64,000 nt of DNA from Sphagnum compactum (GCA_965153455.1 OZ234493.1:6686213-6750212), one strand, 5' to 3'; counted from the stretch's first letter, positions 1 through 13,089 are shown. Made by a program: numbers and translations. Notes: generated from the sequence alone by a model not told the origin.

Positions 1-37
1 CGGTCCATGAGCCTGGTGCAGTTGATGTGCTCCCCAT
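1..37 (-). CDS. 5' end of a protein-coding gene running off the left edge (MGSTSTAPGSWT...), product unknown
   Basis: On the minus strand there is an ATG at 37, an acceptor TGTGCAG ending at 76 and a GTAAGT donor at 711-706, implying a ~636-nt 5'UTR intron. A TATAAAT lies upstream. Only 12 codons are visible. Confidence 0.5.
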   Translation of the reverse strand, partial: MGSTSTAPGSWT

Positions 38-779
38 CGCTCCTTTCAAAATTCAATTCAGTAGCAGTTCACAGGCTGCACAACATGACAAGCGCACCAA
101 ATAATATAAATTTCTATTAGCCTCGGCTCTCAATTCGTCTCTCTCTCTCTTCAATAACTGTAACTGCTTTGATCTTTCCGTCCCTATGTTACGAATCACA
201 ACTCTGTAACGCAATCAATTTACCAGTTCATAATCTTACATTTACGGCTACATTTACCAATTCAAAATTATCCAAGCAAATTGCTAGAGGAATGTTCTCA
301 GGGGATTGTTGTAGGAAGAGAACTCAGAAATCGACTAGACAAAATCCAGTCAGCAATCCGAAGATTTCAAAATTCAAGACCAGCACCAATTCACAAAGGC
401 TGCGCACATCACCTTCTCTCATGCACTCACAGAAACAAGAAATATTAGATTATCTTTCTCGGAGTGAACTAAGTTACTGTTTTGATCTGTCACTAAAAAT
501 TTAGAAGACATTGAGGAAGAGAACTCAGAAAATGCCCAAGTCACAATCAAGTCAGCAATCCGAAGATTTCAAATTTCAAGCCCAGCTAGCTCATTACTGA
601 AGGGTATTATTTATTATACGTAGTTCACATCAGATCGCTCTCTCTCTCCAAATACTAGAAAACAGTCGCTCTAGCCAGGAATATGAAATTGCGTTGAGAT
701 ATATCACTTACAGGGACTCTGTTTATTCAAAGAAGCGCAGGAATTGCGCGACGTAAATCCAACAAGAAAACAGCAAAGA

Positions 780-1660
780 ATGCCAATGAGTTGAGCTGAG
801 CTTCGCAGTGGGCGCACGATTTATACACGCTTGCGGGCCAGGTTTGGTTGGGGTAGTTTCCGTTCCAGGCTTTTTTGCAAATATTTTGTGGGTCCCGAAG
901 GCATGGTATAACCGGCTGACTGAGGTGGAGAGTTCGGGGACTAAGGTCGACGCTGGCGAGATGCCAATGAGTTGAGCTTCGCAGTGGGCGCACGATTTAT
1001 ACACGCTTGCGGGCCAGGTTTGGTTGGGGTAGTTTCCGTTCCAGGCTTTTTTGCAAATATTTTGTGGGTCCAGAAGGCATGGTATAACCGGCTGACTGAG
1101 GTGGAGAGTTCGGGGACTAAGGTCGACGCTGGCGAGATGCCAATGAGTTGAGCTTTGGACTGGGCGCACGATTTATACACGCTTGCGAGCCAGATTTGGT
1201 GGGGGTAGTTTCCTTTGCAGGCTCTTTTGCAAATATTTTGTGGGTCCAGAAGGCATGGTATAACCGGCTGACTGAGGTGGAGAGTTCGGGGACTAAGGTC
1301 GACGCTGGCGAGATGCCAATGAGTTGAGCTTTGGACTGGGCGCACGATTTATACACGCTTGCGAGCCAGATTTGGTTGGGGTGGTTTCCTTTGCAGGCTC
1401 TTTTGCAAATATTTTGTGGGTCCAGAAGGCATGGTATAACCGGCTGACTGAGGTGGAGAGTTCGGGGACTAAGGTCGACGCTGGCGAGATGCCAATGAGT
1501 TGAGCTTTGCAGTGGGCGCACGCTTTATACACGTTGCGCGCCAGGTGGGATTGGGGTAGTTTCCTTTGCAGGCTTTTTTGCAAATATTTTGTGGGTCTAG
1601 AAGGCATGGTATAACCGGCGGACTGAGGTGGAGAGTTCGGGGACTAAGGTCGACGCTGGC
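780..1660. repeat. Tandem array of five ~176-bp units, each containing a TATA-like box on the minus strand
   Basis: ATGCCAATGAGTTGAGCT recurs at ~780, 961, 1137, 1313 and 1489 (period 176; the first unit has an extra 5-bp GAGCT). Units are near-identical, and each reads GTGTATAAA...CTCAACTCATTGG on the minus strand. Confidence 0.95.
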
Positions 1661-2217
1661 GGGGCCGCAGAGAGCGTAGTTAGTTAGTGTTACTAGTAAC
1701 TAATTACACTAGCTAACCAAGAATGCTGATTAGCTTACAATAGTAAGTGCTCATGGGTCCGCCAGACCTACTAGTGCAATAGTATTACATTTGCCAATTT
1801 TAGAAGCTCAGGGAATCACTAGCCAGACAATCGTGCTGATTATGAAAGCCTAGGTGCACATTTGTCAGATTGTTTGTGGCAGGGTAGTGAATAATGTAGG
1901 TGAGCTAGTACTACACGGCCAAGGCAAATTGACCACAACATTGGGATCATGGTAAAAACCCATTTAAATTGCTTATAAATATTTACCCTGGCCTCATAAT
2001 AGAGTCCCTTTGTCCTTCCTTTCAACAAGTGTAAATACTGTACTCCCCAGTCCTGAGAGAGCCTGGGTGGTGGCACGCCTTGGCTGTGAACTGGCACGTT
2101 CACTGGTACCATGGTAAAAACCAGTGTCAAATGTGGGTATATCTTTTACCTCATATATCCTTCGAATACGGATAAACTATATTATTTATCCTAACTTAGT
2201 CTCTAACAGTCAATATA

Positions 2218-2829
2218 CAGTAAACCCCTTTTTTACCACTTTTTTTGGTGACACTAATGAATTGTGATTTAAATATGTATAGTCACATTCCATATAAATC
2301 ACTGCAAGATTGTGGCGACTATTGACAAAATAATGTAACAAATAATCATTTTATGCTAGAATAAAGGTGTCGATTGTTTAAATTTTCTGCATGGGTTATT
2401 CTAAGTTTTACTATGCATTATTAGATGTGGAGAAGCTCATGATTTCTGCTTGTTTTAATGTGACGATTTACATTGAGTTTGAGCTCCTTAATTAAGAGCT
2501 TGTGTATTGTCAACTAGATTTTTTTAATTAATTTTTTTTTCATTCATGACAAGTTTACATATCTTTTGTTTCTCTGCATTTGAAAATTGTGGTTTTTTTT
2601 CTTTTTAGCTGAATTCATTGTTGTTAAGTTTGCACAATTTGACTCACATTGCCAAAGGGAATTACACTTTACAAAGCCCTAGATTTTCTCATTATAGTCA
2701 AATTTACAAAAAAAAAGCTTTGCAAATATTTTGTGCTACTAATGAATAGTGTTTATGATTAAAACAAATGGTTACCAAAAATGTGTGACAGAAACAAAAA
2801 TGTGACTAAAATTATAAAGGGGGTTACTG
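2218..2829. mobile_element. Tc1/mariner (pogo-like) non-autonomous element / MITE, ~610 bp
   Basis: Ends read TA|CAGTAAACCCCTT ... AAGGGGGGTTACTG|TA, an imperfect TIR with TA target duplication. The interior is AT-rich and non-coding. Confidence 0.7.
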
Positions 2830-5129
2830 TACTTGCATCATGCACGCACTCACAATATTTTATTCTGAAATATTTTATTCCATCCTTACCCTTGGATATA
2901 TGCAAGACATATTTGTGCCTAGGAGGGGTATTTGCCAAAAATCCAAGTAAGTAGGATAAGGTCAGTAGGCTACAAAACTTATATATATCAAAATTATTTT
3001 TGTGGGTGTTTTCAATTCTAACAAGTTGTTGGGATTTGTTGGTATCAATTCTATCAATATGTTGGTGTTTTGAAATCTGTCAACTTATTGAAGGTTGACA
3101 AGCCATTGAGCAGGACAATTAATCCTAAACACATATGTAGTCCATATCTGATTCACAAAATCCTCACAAATTTCTTCAGTTGCAAAAAAAATCAAAAATG
3201 ACAGCTCCTACTCTTGAAAGACATTAAAAGAAAAAAAAAAGATTCCATCACCTCCTCCCATTGTAACAAGAAAACACACACCAAAAATAAAAAATAAAAC
3301 AAAAAAAATCTTGCTCCTGCAGCACTTTCATTATTGTTTCCCATTGGTGTTTCATTTATTTTCTTGCTGCAACCATAAATAAATAAAAGAAGTGAGAAAT
3401 TGTTTCTTAGAGCTCGAATTTTAAGAAAAACCCAACCAAAACCAAATCAATGCTCATCCACAACTCATAACAGGTTTTTCCAACTGGTGCACCCCTGGAT
3501 GCTGGGTCACTCTGGCCCCTGAATTAAACACCACAACCGGTCACATAAAATTTACAGGTCAAACAAGGTAATCGAAGCATAGGTAGTTTTGAGAACAAAT
3601 CAGAACTTACTCCCTAGAATAGACGAAGTTACTAACTTTTGCAAGAGCTAACTTTTGCAGGAGCCCACTCCTCGTGAGTACCTCTGTTCCAAGAAGTAGC
3701 TTCTTACTTCATTCTCTTACCTGTGACAGGCTGGGAGTTGGGCAGTCTAGAATGTGAACAAATTCTTTACAATTGTTATACAGTATGAATTTAATATTAA
3801 GAATGATGTGTGTTAGAAACACATAAAATAAACAGCTAGTTGTGTATTGGCTTTGCCCTAAAAATGAACATGATTTATTTTCAGGTGGGCCCATATATCA
3901 AGTAGCAGAGCCAATAAGAAATGATCAGGATTTGTCTTTATGCCAACCAAATGAAGTAGTCAGGGTGTGACAAAAAACGAGGGCACAAACAAACAAAATG
4001 CAAAACACGTATATACTGAACGACAAATACACTCTCCGAATTTCACACTGGCCTAAGCCAGTGGCCACCTAAATTCTATCCAAAAAACAGCAAAGAAACC
4101 GCCTTCTTCATCATAGAGAGGCTTGAGGTTTCCAAGGGGTCATATTGCTCTAATCTCACTCTCTTGAGCCCACTGGCCTCTCTTCTCAAAGTCTTCAGAC
4201 CCACACAAATCCCGGACCACATTGGACTTCCACGGGAACTCTAATTCTAGCTTACATACGGTACTATAAATCCCTCAACCCACACAAATCACACGATCTG
4301 GTTTCCTTGACACCATCGCTCCATTTGACAAGACAGAAGACAGGAATACAACACATCAACTTCCTCTAGTCATTGCTTCAAGAATCCTTACAAAGAACTA
4401 CACCCATATTGTGTATGATCGACCTTGTAGATTCAATGGATTGTTGCAGTCCTTCGGAGTTCCCAAAATCAAGGTACTCGCTCTTGACCAGCAAGACAAT
4501 AAAAGCCAGACACGAACAAAACCCAAACACAGACTTTTAAGAAGAGTTGTTGGCCACTCTCGAGACCTCTAGAACTTCTCATCATTCCCCCTTCTCAACC
4601 ATCAAATCCAGTTTTAAGATAGATATTCTGCTTCCCTGAGTACATTGCACAGCGGATTGTCTCGTATTTTCCCCTAAGATAGAGATTTATGAAAACTTCA
4701 CTCTCACAACTTCCCCCTTCACAAAACAAAAACCTGCACTACTTATCTTCTCTACATCAAATCCTTCCGCCATTGCTCCGCCAGATCTCCCCCGAGTGCA
4801 CCTCCCCTTGCAGCTCCCTTGCCACACCATCATCCTACGTCCAGAAATAACACATACATACCAAACAGAAGAAAACGACACCAAAGCTTCAATGCTACCA
4901 AACATTGGCGCATCTCCATTCTGCAACCTTCCTTGTCTCCATGCCGTCAATAGCAAAAACTCCCAGCCACCACAGAAAAAAAAACATGTTTCATTGAAAA
5001 ACCCTAAACTACTTTCTGTTCACACTCAAAACCCTAAAGCTAAAAATTTGTTACACATGTGACACCTCCTTCCTTGATTTATCTGTGTCCGCACAGATTC
5101 TAGATTTAATGAAACACCTACAGATCACG

Positions 5130-8100
5130 TTTAGCACATTCCCATTGCTTGCCATCAATTTCTTGTAGGATACAGACTCGGCAACCATCATCAAACTCTT
5201 TGCAGCCCTTCTCGTTTTTGTATTTCACAAAGGTATACGGACCTTCCCGATTTGCAAGTAGTGCTCTCTTTTTCCCTGGCTTTTGTGTTCACCATGGTTC
5301 TTCCTTCTTCCAACCTTAAGAATTCTTGTTTGCCTTTCCATGCAGCATAGCTTCTGCGGTGTCTCTTCTATGTTTGGTCCACATTTTCCAACACAGATGA
5401 GTCCATATTAGAAATGAGCTTGAGTTTTTCCACCATTAGCTGCATCATCTCATCCAAGGTGAGTTCATCCTTTTGCACATTAGTGAATGCAAAAAGGCCA
5501 TTGTCACATGTGAGCCTTGGGGTTCTCTCAGTTAGCACCATAAAAGGAGAAAACCTAGTGCTGGCCTGGACACCACATCTATAACCAAACAAAATCCATG
5601 GTAACTGGAGGTCCCAGTTATCCAAATCAATAGATGACACCATAGATAATCCATTCTTCAAAGTCTTGATCATTTTCTCCACCATTCCATTGCATTGAGG
5701 CCATTGTGGAGCTATGAACTGATGAGTAATCCCATATTTTTTACACATCAGATCGAATTCAGCCATCCACTCACCTCCATTGTCAATGAGTATGAATCTA
5801 GGCACACCAAATCTGCATATGATTTCCTCTTTCAGAAATCTAGCGGCAGTGGCAGCATCATGGTGTTTAACAGGTTTTGCTTCGCACCACTTTGAGTAGT
5901 GGTCAATGGCAACCAAAGCATACCTATTTCCATTTTTAGTTTCAGGCAAAGGTCCCGCAGTATCTAGTGCCACCTTGTAGAAAAGGTCACAGACAGGAAT
6001 ACTCTTCATCTCCTTAATACCGGATTTGATGCTTCTTGAACTTTTGGTAAGCTAACAAGGTTGGCATTGTCTCACCACCATCCTCATAGATTCTGTTCTG
6101 TCATGCCAAAAAACCTTTTTTCTGACCTCGGCCAATGTCCTTCCTTCACTGAGATGTCCAATCTCCTCGTGTATGCTCTTGACCAACACATGTCTCTCCT
6201 CAAGTTTTCGTACCACCAAATCTTTGAAAAACAACGTATCTTCTCTCCAATGGTAATTCAATAGTCTTCTTTTTGCTCGATCAATCTCAGGAGCATCATC
6301 TAGCACTTGATCCAAAATTCCTCCAAACAACAGGACCATACAGATGGTCCATATGTCCATCCTTCCAGATGTCCATATGTTTCCCTTTCTCGTCCACTCC
6401 ATTGTCCTCTTCATTGTTACTCACATCAATGGAGTTCATTTCTGCATCCACCATCTATTGAGCTTCACAAACCAATCCCCAATAGTCAGCATCTATTATT
6501 GAAGCCCCTTTTGCCCTTTTTTTTGGAATGGGTGCTTTAGCTAAGAGATTGGAATTTTCTTCAGCAAATTCCCCAAACAAATTAATTTCTTCATGTCCTT
6601 CTTTTTGCATCAGTTCAACATCAACAGACTGGGATAGGGTGAGGATATGCGGACTCAAGGCAGAGGAATTCCAGACTTGTACCACATTAGCATCCTTCTT
6701 CTCATCCTGTACCTCCATCCCAAAGTCCTCATCCTCATCATGTGAATCAACTAGGTTACGGCTCAACACATCAACATTTGCATGCCTAACTCCTGCTCTG
6801 TGGACAATTTTGAAATTGAAGTCTTGGAGCATGGAGATCCATCTGCCTCTCTTGCCAAATGGATCAGAAACTGTTGCAAGCCATTCTAATGACTTGTGGT
6901 CAGTCCTAACAACAAAGGAGGCCTAATGCAAATACTGTCGAAAATGCATTATCCCCCATATTAGAGCATAGCACTCACCTTCCATAGGGTGGAACTTCCT
7001 TTGTGAGGGCGTAAGACCCTTACTTGCATATGCTATAACACATTCATGCTTATCTTACTTCTAGGATAAAACTGACCCTACTCTTTTATCGACCAATCTA
7101 CATCAAGTATGAAGGGTCTTTCAAAATCAAGCCTTACAAGGATAGGAGCTTTAATCAACCTGAGTTTGAGTGCATCAAAGGCTTCTTAACAAGCAGGGTC
7201 CAAAAAAAACCCTGATCCTTCTTGGTCAGGTCAAAAAGTGGTACATCAATTTTTGCATACCCACGTACAAAGTTCATGTAATATCCTGTCAAACCTAAAA
7301 AGGCCCACACATTAGTCATAGACCTGGGTACTGGAAAGTCCTTAACAGCTTATACATTCTTTGGATCAGGATATGAGCCTTGTCTGGTCACAACATGTCC
7401 TAGAAATACAATCTGTTGTGCACCAAAAGAGCATTTTCTAGGGTTTAACTTCAAATTTACCTCCCGCAATCGTGGAAGAACAGCCTTCAAATTGTAAGGT
7501 GTTCTTCCCATGTTTGGTTGTGTATGTTGACATCATCAACAAAGACCTTCAAGAATTGGTTTATCCAATCTTTAAATATTTCTGCCATGGTTCTGGAAAA
7601 CGTCCCTGTTGCATTCTTTAGTTCGAATGGCATCACAGTCCTGTCATAAAGACTAGACTTTGTTATTACGGCTGTTTTTTTTACGTAATTTGGCGACATT
7701 CGGATCTGCCAAAAGCCAGATTACAAATCCAATGCACTAAACCATTGGCTACTTCCCATCTGGGAGAGAACAGTATCAATCAAAGGCATTGGGAATGAAT
7801 CCCTTCTCGTCTGCATATTCAATGGTCTGTAATCGCCACAGACACACCTGCTGCCATCCTTCTTAACAAGCAAACTGACTTCGCAAGCATATTCAAAGTC
7901 ACTATTTTTCATCTTACCAAGCTTGATCAATGCCTAAATCTATTTGTTCACTTTAGCTTCTTCCCAATAAGATAGCCTCCTAGGTGTGGTGCAACATGGG
8001 GGAAAACCTTGGGTGTCAATTGCATGTTCTCCTATCATGCCGCACCCCAATTCCCCTTTGTGCCAAACAAAGACATCCTTAAAGTCCTCTAACAGAGTCC

Positions 8101-9420
8101 ATAGCTCCTCAGCCTGGTTCTTACTAAGGGCCTAGTCAAACTTTATCCCGCTCCGTATTTCATCCCACCTTTCATCCCTAGATGGAACAACCTATTGCAT
8201 ATTTGCATGATCCAAATGCACTGGATTAGGCACAGGCATAATGACAGAAATTCCCTTGAGTTTTTCTGATTCTTCAGCAGCTGCCCATTGAAGCCAATCA
8301 ACATAATCATCCCCTTCTATAATGTATTCGTCCAATAGTCTATCGTGTTGATCTTGTAATATCAAATTCATAATTTGATTGGCGGACTTTTGTTGAAGAA
8401 GATGGTCTAGTCCCTTGTCCTTCAGATCATCTTCAGATGTTGCGTCATTCTCCTACATGGTCAAACTGAACTGAACATTTTCCTCATCAGTCTCACTCCC
8501 AAATTCAGTTGTGTTGTCATCAGATGATCCTTCATCATCAAGATGGTTCGAACCTAAAGAACATTCGCCTTTCCAAGTCAATCCCTTCTCAAATAGGTCC
8601 TTTGATTTGAGCTGCTAGAATATTTTGCCAAGATTCTTAATGGGTCCCACATAAGAGGTTGGTTGTGTCTCCCCATGCTGTACAATGTTTACAACATTCA
8701 AAGGGAGCATCTCCACATTAACCCCAGGTCCATGCCTAACCTATATAGTGCCTTTTTCCACATCAACCACTGCCCCAATCTTCATGAGGAAGTCCAAACC
8801 TAAGAAGAGGTCATATGTATCTGTATCCACCACCAAAAACACCATATTGTGAACAACATTGCCAACTCGCACAGGTATGTCATCTAGCCTTCCCAAAGCA
8901 GTGGTAACAGTCCTTGATGTTGTCTTGTATGTCTCATGTCCTGAAACCAAATGCATGATCCCAAGCTCTCGTACTATACTGGCTGCCATTACTAACATAG
9001 ATGCACCAATGTCCACAAGTCCTTCAATCATCCCATTGTTGATTTCAATAGGCAAGTGCATGGTTTTACTTCTCTGTTCACAGAAATCCTTCTGACAATA
9101 GGGGTGTTGTTGACAATAACAACCTAATTCCTACCGGCCTCTTCATCCTTCCTTCTTCTAGCCAGTTTAACCAACCCTTCAAGATATTCCAATTCTCCAA
9201 GAATCTTCATGATTGTCTCCATTGGGGTTAGAGAAATCCGGCCCTTCATAAAATGTAGAAGTATTTTTTATCTTGCACCAAAATCAGGCATTGCCTCCCT
9301 TGTCTTGTCTCCTGCATCAGCGCCCTCAGCTTGTTCAGCAACTCTTTCTGCTTCATTCGCCTGCACTGGGAGTCTTCTTTTGGGAATCCTGTTTCCAGAT
9401 GTCAAATGGTGATTGGCACC
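5130..9420 (-). mobile_element. Decayed Ty3/gypsy LTR retrotransposon internal region (gag remnant, PR, RT, RNase H, IN)
   Basis: Minus-strand ORF fragments occur in gypsy order. Protease GLVDIGAS (8741-9061); RT CGDYRPLN, FSALDL, MPFELKNA, VFVDDV (7487-7930); RNase H end LQDFNFKIVHRAG..HANVD; integrase zinc finger H..GH..CxxC and core ALD..IDHYSKW..DNGGE..NGMVE (5368-6414). Many stops and frameshifts. LTRs not identified. Confidence 0.93.
5368..6009 (-). pseudogene. Retrotransposon integrase core (rve) fragment
   Basis: DD(35)E-type core: ALDTAGP, IDHYSKWCEA, IDNGGEW, PQCNGMVEKMIKTLK. Confidence 0.9.
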
Positions 9421-9479
9421 ACAAATCCTATTCAATTCATTCAAGTAAATTTTTTTTTTGAAAACCTTCCTAATTGAAT

Positions 9480-9960
9480 CAACTATAAATTAATTGAAAC
9501 TTAACTAAAACTTAACTAAAAATCAACTAAAAATTTAATTAAGGTTAATTAGGATTTAATCGAAAGTTAATTAAAATTTAACGAGGACTTAACTAGGACT
9601 TAACTTTTAATTAAGTCTTAGTTAATGTTAGCCAACTGGGAGTTAACTAAAGTTAACTAAAAGTTAATTAGGATTTAACTAGGAATCAATTAAGGTTAGC
9701 TAAGATCTAACTAAGACTTAATTGGACATTAATTAAAAAGTTAACTGGGATTTAACTTGGACTCAACTAGAAATAAATTAAAGTTAACTAAGACTTAATT
9801 GGGAGCTAACTAAAAGGTATTTATGAATTTAATTGGGACTTAATTCAAAGTTGATTGGGAGTTAACTTGGATTAAAATTTAACTAAAACCAAACTAAAAT
9901 TAATTAGAAATGAACTAAAAATGAACTAAAATTGAATTGAACTAAACTAAGAATTAGGTA
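9480..9960. repeat. AT-rich degenerate ~10-11-nt minisatellite (TTAACTAAAA / TTAATTGGGA-like)
   Basis: Dozens of imperfect TTAA(C/T)T(A/G)(A/G) units. The tract sits at the point where the gypsy element's 5' part breaks off. Confidence 0.8.
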
Positions 9961-10069
9961 CAAGTTCAATACAAGTTATGGATGAACATTCAAAAAAATG
10001 AACCCCATGACATTAACATCCATAACATTCTTTGGGTTTTTTTAACACATGTTGAAATTAACATTTTCC

Positions 10070-11210
10070 CGTGCTAAATGGCATTGCGAGATACACGAGC
10101 TATGTTACCCCAAGTTGTCTGTTCTCAAGTCTTACCTTTTGAAAGCTTAATGACTCAGTTTTATCCTTAGTTGCAAGTTTTTTTGGCGAATTGCCTACAC
10201 GAGCAAAAATTTGCCTCACTTCTAACAAATTCTCTTTCAAATATCATGCAAAGATGTTTTCACTCATGTGCGAATCCAAGGGCAAGCACTTGGTTATTAG
10301 CTCGTCCTACCACACTTGTCTTTTGTCTATCCCTAGCCCACTTCCTTATAGCACTATGTACCTGTCTTGGCTTGTCACATCCTACCGTGGCCATACCATT
10401 GACGACCTAGGTACCCATTTGCTTCAGTGCCCCTACGATAATGAGCGTATGGTAGCACACGATACACTTCAGATACTATTACAACTATTACTTTAGAGAA
10501 TGGAGCACATGTTCAAAAGGAGGTTTTGCCACCTTTTCCTTCGTCACACCTGACGACAAGTCGATAGCCTTATCACCAGAATTGCTTCTGAACCTTGATG
10601 GATGTTGTCATTGTTAATTCAACTCACACATATATGGTGCAACGAGCATTGACAACAATGGCACGTGCAACGATGATGGCTGCTTAGTAGAAAAAACGAT
10701 CATACGTTAAACGAACACTAGGCGATGATTTCATTCCCTTTACTATTGAGACATATGGGTGTCTTCATTCTCGTTTTGATTCATTTTTTATTGTTTGTGC
10801 AAAGACCACTATCACACGTCACAATAGTCTTATTTATTTCCCTCAATGTTTGTTTTTTACTATCGACAACGCATGTCCATAGCCCTACAACGTGCACAAC
10901 CATAACAATTCTTCAACGAGCTATTACACTTGGTCAAAGTTCCTTGTCTCTTCCACACATCATAGCTAATGCACCTCCATCACTAGCCAATTTGTGGTAG
11001 AGGATAGCTCTTTTGTCTAAAGTCTTCTTTGTAATTGTTGATTTTTTTTCATAGCCATGGGTTCTCTGTGTGTAAGGTTTTTACCTAGTTTTTGTTGATT
11101 GTTTGATTTTGTTTTTTCTTGGGGTTCTATTTACTTGTGTTTTCATTACCTTGTACTTTTGCTAAATGGGTTGCTATCCTCGATTTTTTTTACAAGGTTT
11201 TTTTTTATAC
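10070..11210 (+). mobile_element. 5'-truncated, decayed non-LTR retrotransposon with a restriction-like endonuclease (RLE; CRE/R2-like group), 3' end
   Basis: Fragmented + strand translation gives GHTIDDLGTHLLQCP (zinc-knuckle end), ERMVAHD, RQVDSLI..TLMDVVIV, KKRSY and FIP.xIETYGCLHS, i.e. the RLE motif series. A T-rich 3' UTR and tail follow. Confidence 0.7.
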
Positions 11211-11396
11211 CTCTTAATTAGTTTGAAACTGCTGTTTTTTTGGTAATAGCCTTGGCACTTCATAGTCTTTGACCAATTACTTAGTCCATATCTAACCAAC
11301 ACAAGTAAACATTGTTTAGGCAAGTCATATTAGGACAAGATTGGTATGGTTACCGAGCAAGCACTCAACAAGATAAACAAATTTACATTTTGGCAT

Positions 11397-12533
11397 TGGG
11401 CACGACACATATGCAAGCCAATGCCTGTTAGAAAAATTATTTTCAAACTTTTTTATTATACTTAAATTGTGACAAATGTTTTAGCTATTTTTCTTGCATC
11501 GCCATTTTTATTTTTTAAAAAAAAATCATGATGCAATGATTAGAATGGTCTCCTAACCCAAAGGTCAAAGGTTCAATTTGTTTTTCAACTTCTTGTTGTT
11601 TTCTACATACAAGTGAAAAAAAAAAAAAAAAGTAATTTTCGGACAACTTCGTCAAGCAAAATTCCCTTTAGAAAAATAGGCACTTGCAACTTCCATAGGA
11701 AAAGAGGACTTAACCAAGGTTTTTCAACTTTTTTGAGGAAAAGGAGACATGCCATTTTCCTCGAGAATCATGATTTCTTGTGACAAATGAGTCCGAGTTC
11801 CTAGGGAAACATGGTTGTCATAGTCTAGGGTAAGTTTTCACATTGACAAAAACAATTTTATTTTTTCAAAAAATGAATTCGTTTTTAGCTTTGAAATTAT
11901 ATATATTTCCATCATCTACAATGATATTATTGGGGGTGTAGCCTATGATAATTATGATGAATTTCAACATATATTGGGGATTATTTAATGATGAAAGTGA
12001 CCTTAGGGTAAAGCACTTGAGGCAAATGAGCTAAGTTCCTTGGGGAACATGATTATCTAGAACAAATGGGCCCAAATTTTCAAGGGAAGCATCTCAAGTT
12101 CTTTGACAAACCATGTTTTCTTAAAGAACTTGGGTACATTTGTCTTGAGGAACCATGTTTTGAGCTGCCTATAGGTATTCCTTGGACAACCACGTTTCCT
12201 TAAAATTTAGGCTCATTTGCTTTGGAGAAGTTGCAAGTCTCCTTCTCCCGAAGAAGGTGAAGAAACTTAATTAAATCCCTTTCTCCCAAGGAAGTTGTCT
12301 AAAGACTGCAAATATTTTTTCATCATTTGTGGAAAAAAAAAACATTTAAATTGAGGGAAAATGTGAACCTTGGACTGAAAGAGGCAATTTTAGCCATTAC
12401 ACTATAACTCTTTTCTTGAAATAGTGATGCAAGAAAGATAATTAAAGTGTACATCACAATTCAGGTAGAGTCAAAAAAAAACTAAATGTCAATTTATTTC
12501 TTATAGGCATTGTACTACATTTGCGTCAAGCCC
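11397..12533. mobile_element. Foldback-like non-autonomous element with long degenerate inverted repeats
   Basis: The left arm (GGGCACGACACATATG..CAATGCCTGTTAGAAAAAT..TTCTTGCATCGCCATTT..GGACAACTTC..AAAGGAGAC) is the approximate reverse complement of the right arm (GTCTCCTT..GAAGTTGTC..AAATAGTGATGCAAGAA..ATTTCTTATAGGCATTG..CATTTGCGTCAAGCCCG). Confidence 0.7.
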
Positions 12534-12564
12534 GGTTAATTTCTTACCCTGGTTTAGTGCTCGC

Positions 12565-12725
12565 CAAATATGAAATTCAAATCTTTAATCACCTTTTCTA
12601 TATTTTTGGTTACACCTTGAAAACCAACCATAGAAATCTAATAATTTTACTATTTTTTTCTCACTTTGGGCAATTGAAAACCTCCAAAATTGCTTTATTT
12701 TCAATTTTCAAATTTCTCATTTGGA
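12565..12725 (+). repeat. Dispersed repeat family, copy 1
   Basis: AAATATGAAA..AAATCTT..CTATATTTTTGG.TACAC..ATTGAAAACCT is shared with 14010-14230 and 54470-54685. Confidence 0.65.
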
Positions 12726-13089
12726 GAAGATCCCCCTCCTCCCCCTCCCATCCCTCCCACCCAAAAAAAAACATTCTTACCAAGTGTTGGGTGATTCTTT
12801 GATTTTATTTTTTTAATACCATAGTACACGAACGTTTTTGGCGTAAATTAAACTATTTCTTATTTTGCCAAAATTTTGAAAAAATATTTCTTACTTGTGT
12901 CAAAATTTTAATAATTATTAACAAAATCAAATTTTGAAGCATTTTGGCTGTTGGGTTCGAACTTCACTTCTAGGAATGAAAGATGTGACACTCTAAACAC
13001 AATTATGTGCCAAAATTTTCAGAATTAAAAACTCAACTGCCAAAGTTAAGATTTGAAATTTAATTAATTATTCGACAATTTGTTGCCAA

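Noticed and set aside
723..1607. Overlapping repetitive ORFs in the 176-bp array, and the array as a possible CRISPR
   Set aside because: The unit length is not a multiple of 3, so the ORFs just cycle frames. There are no unique spacers and no cas genes.
3480..5100. Possible LTR or extra ORF of the gypsy element (TGTGACA motifs; ORFs 4687-5062)
   Set aside because: No second LTR copy, PBS or TSD was found, and the ORFs show no recognisable motifs.
12945..13010. tRNA-like sequence with a GTTCGAAC B-box on the minus strand
   Set aside because: No complete cloverleaf; at most a degenerate relic.
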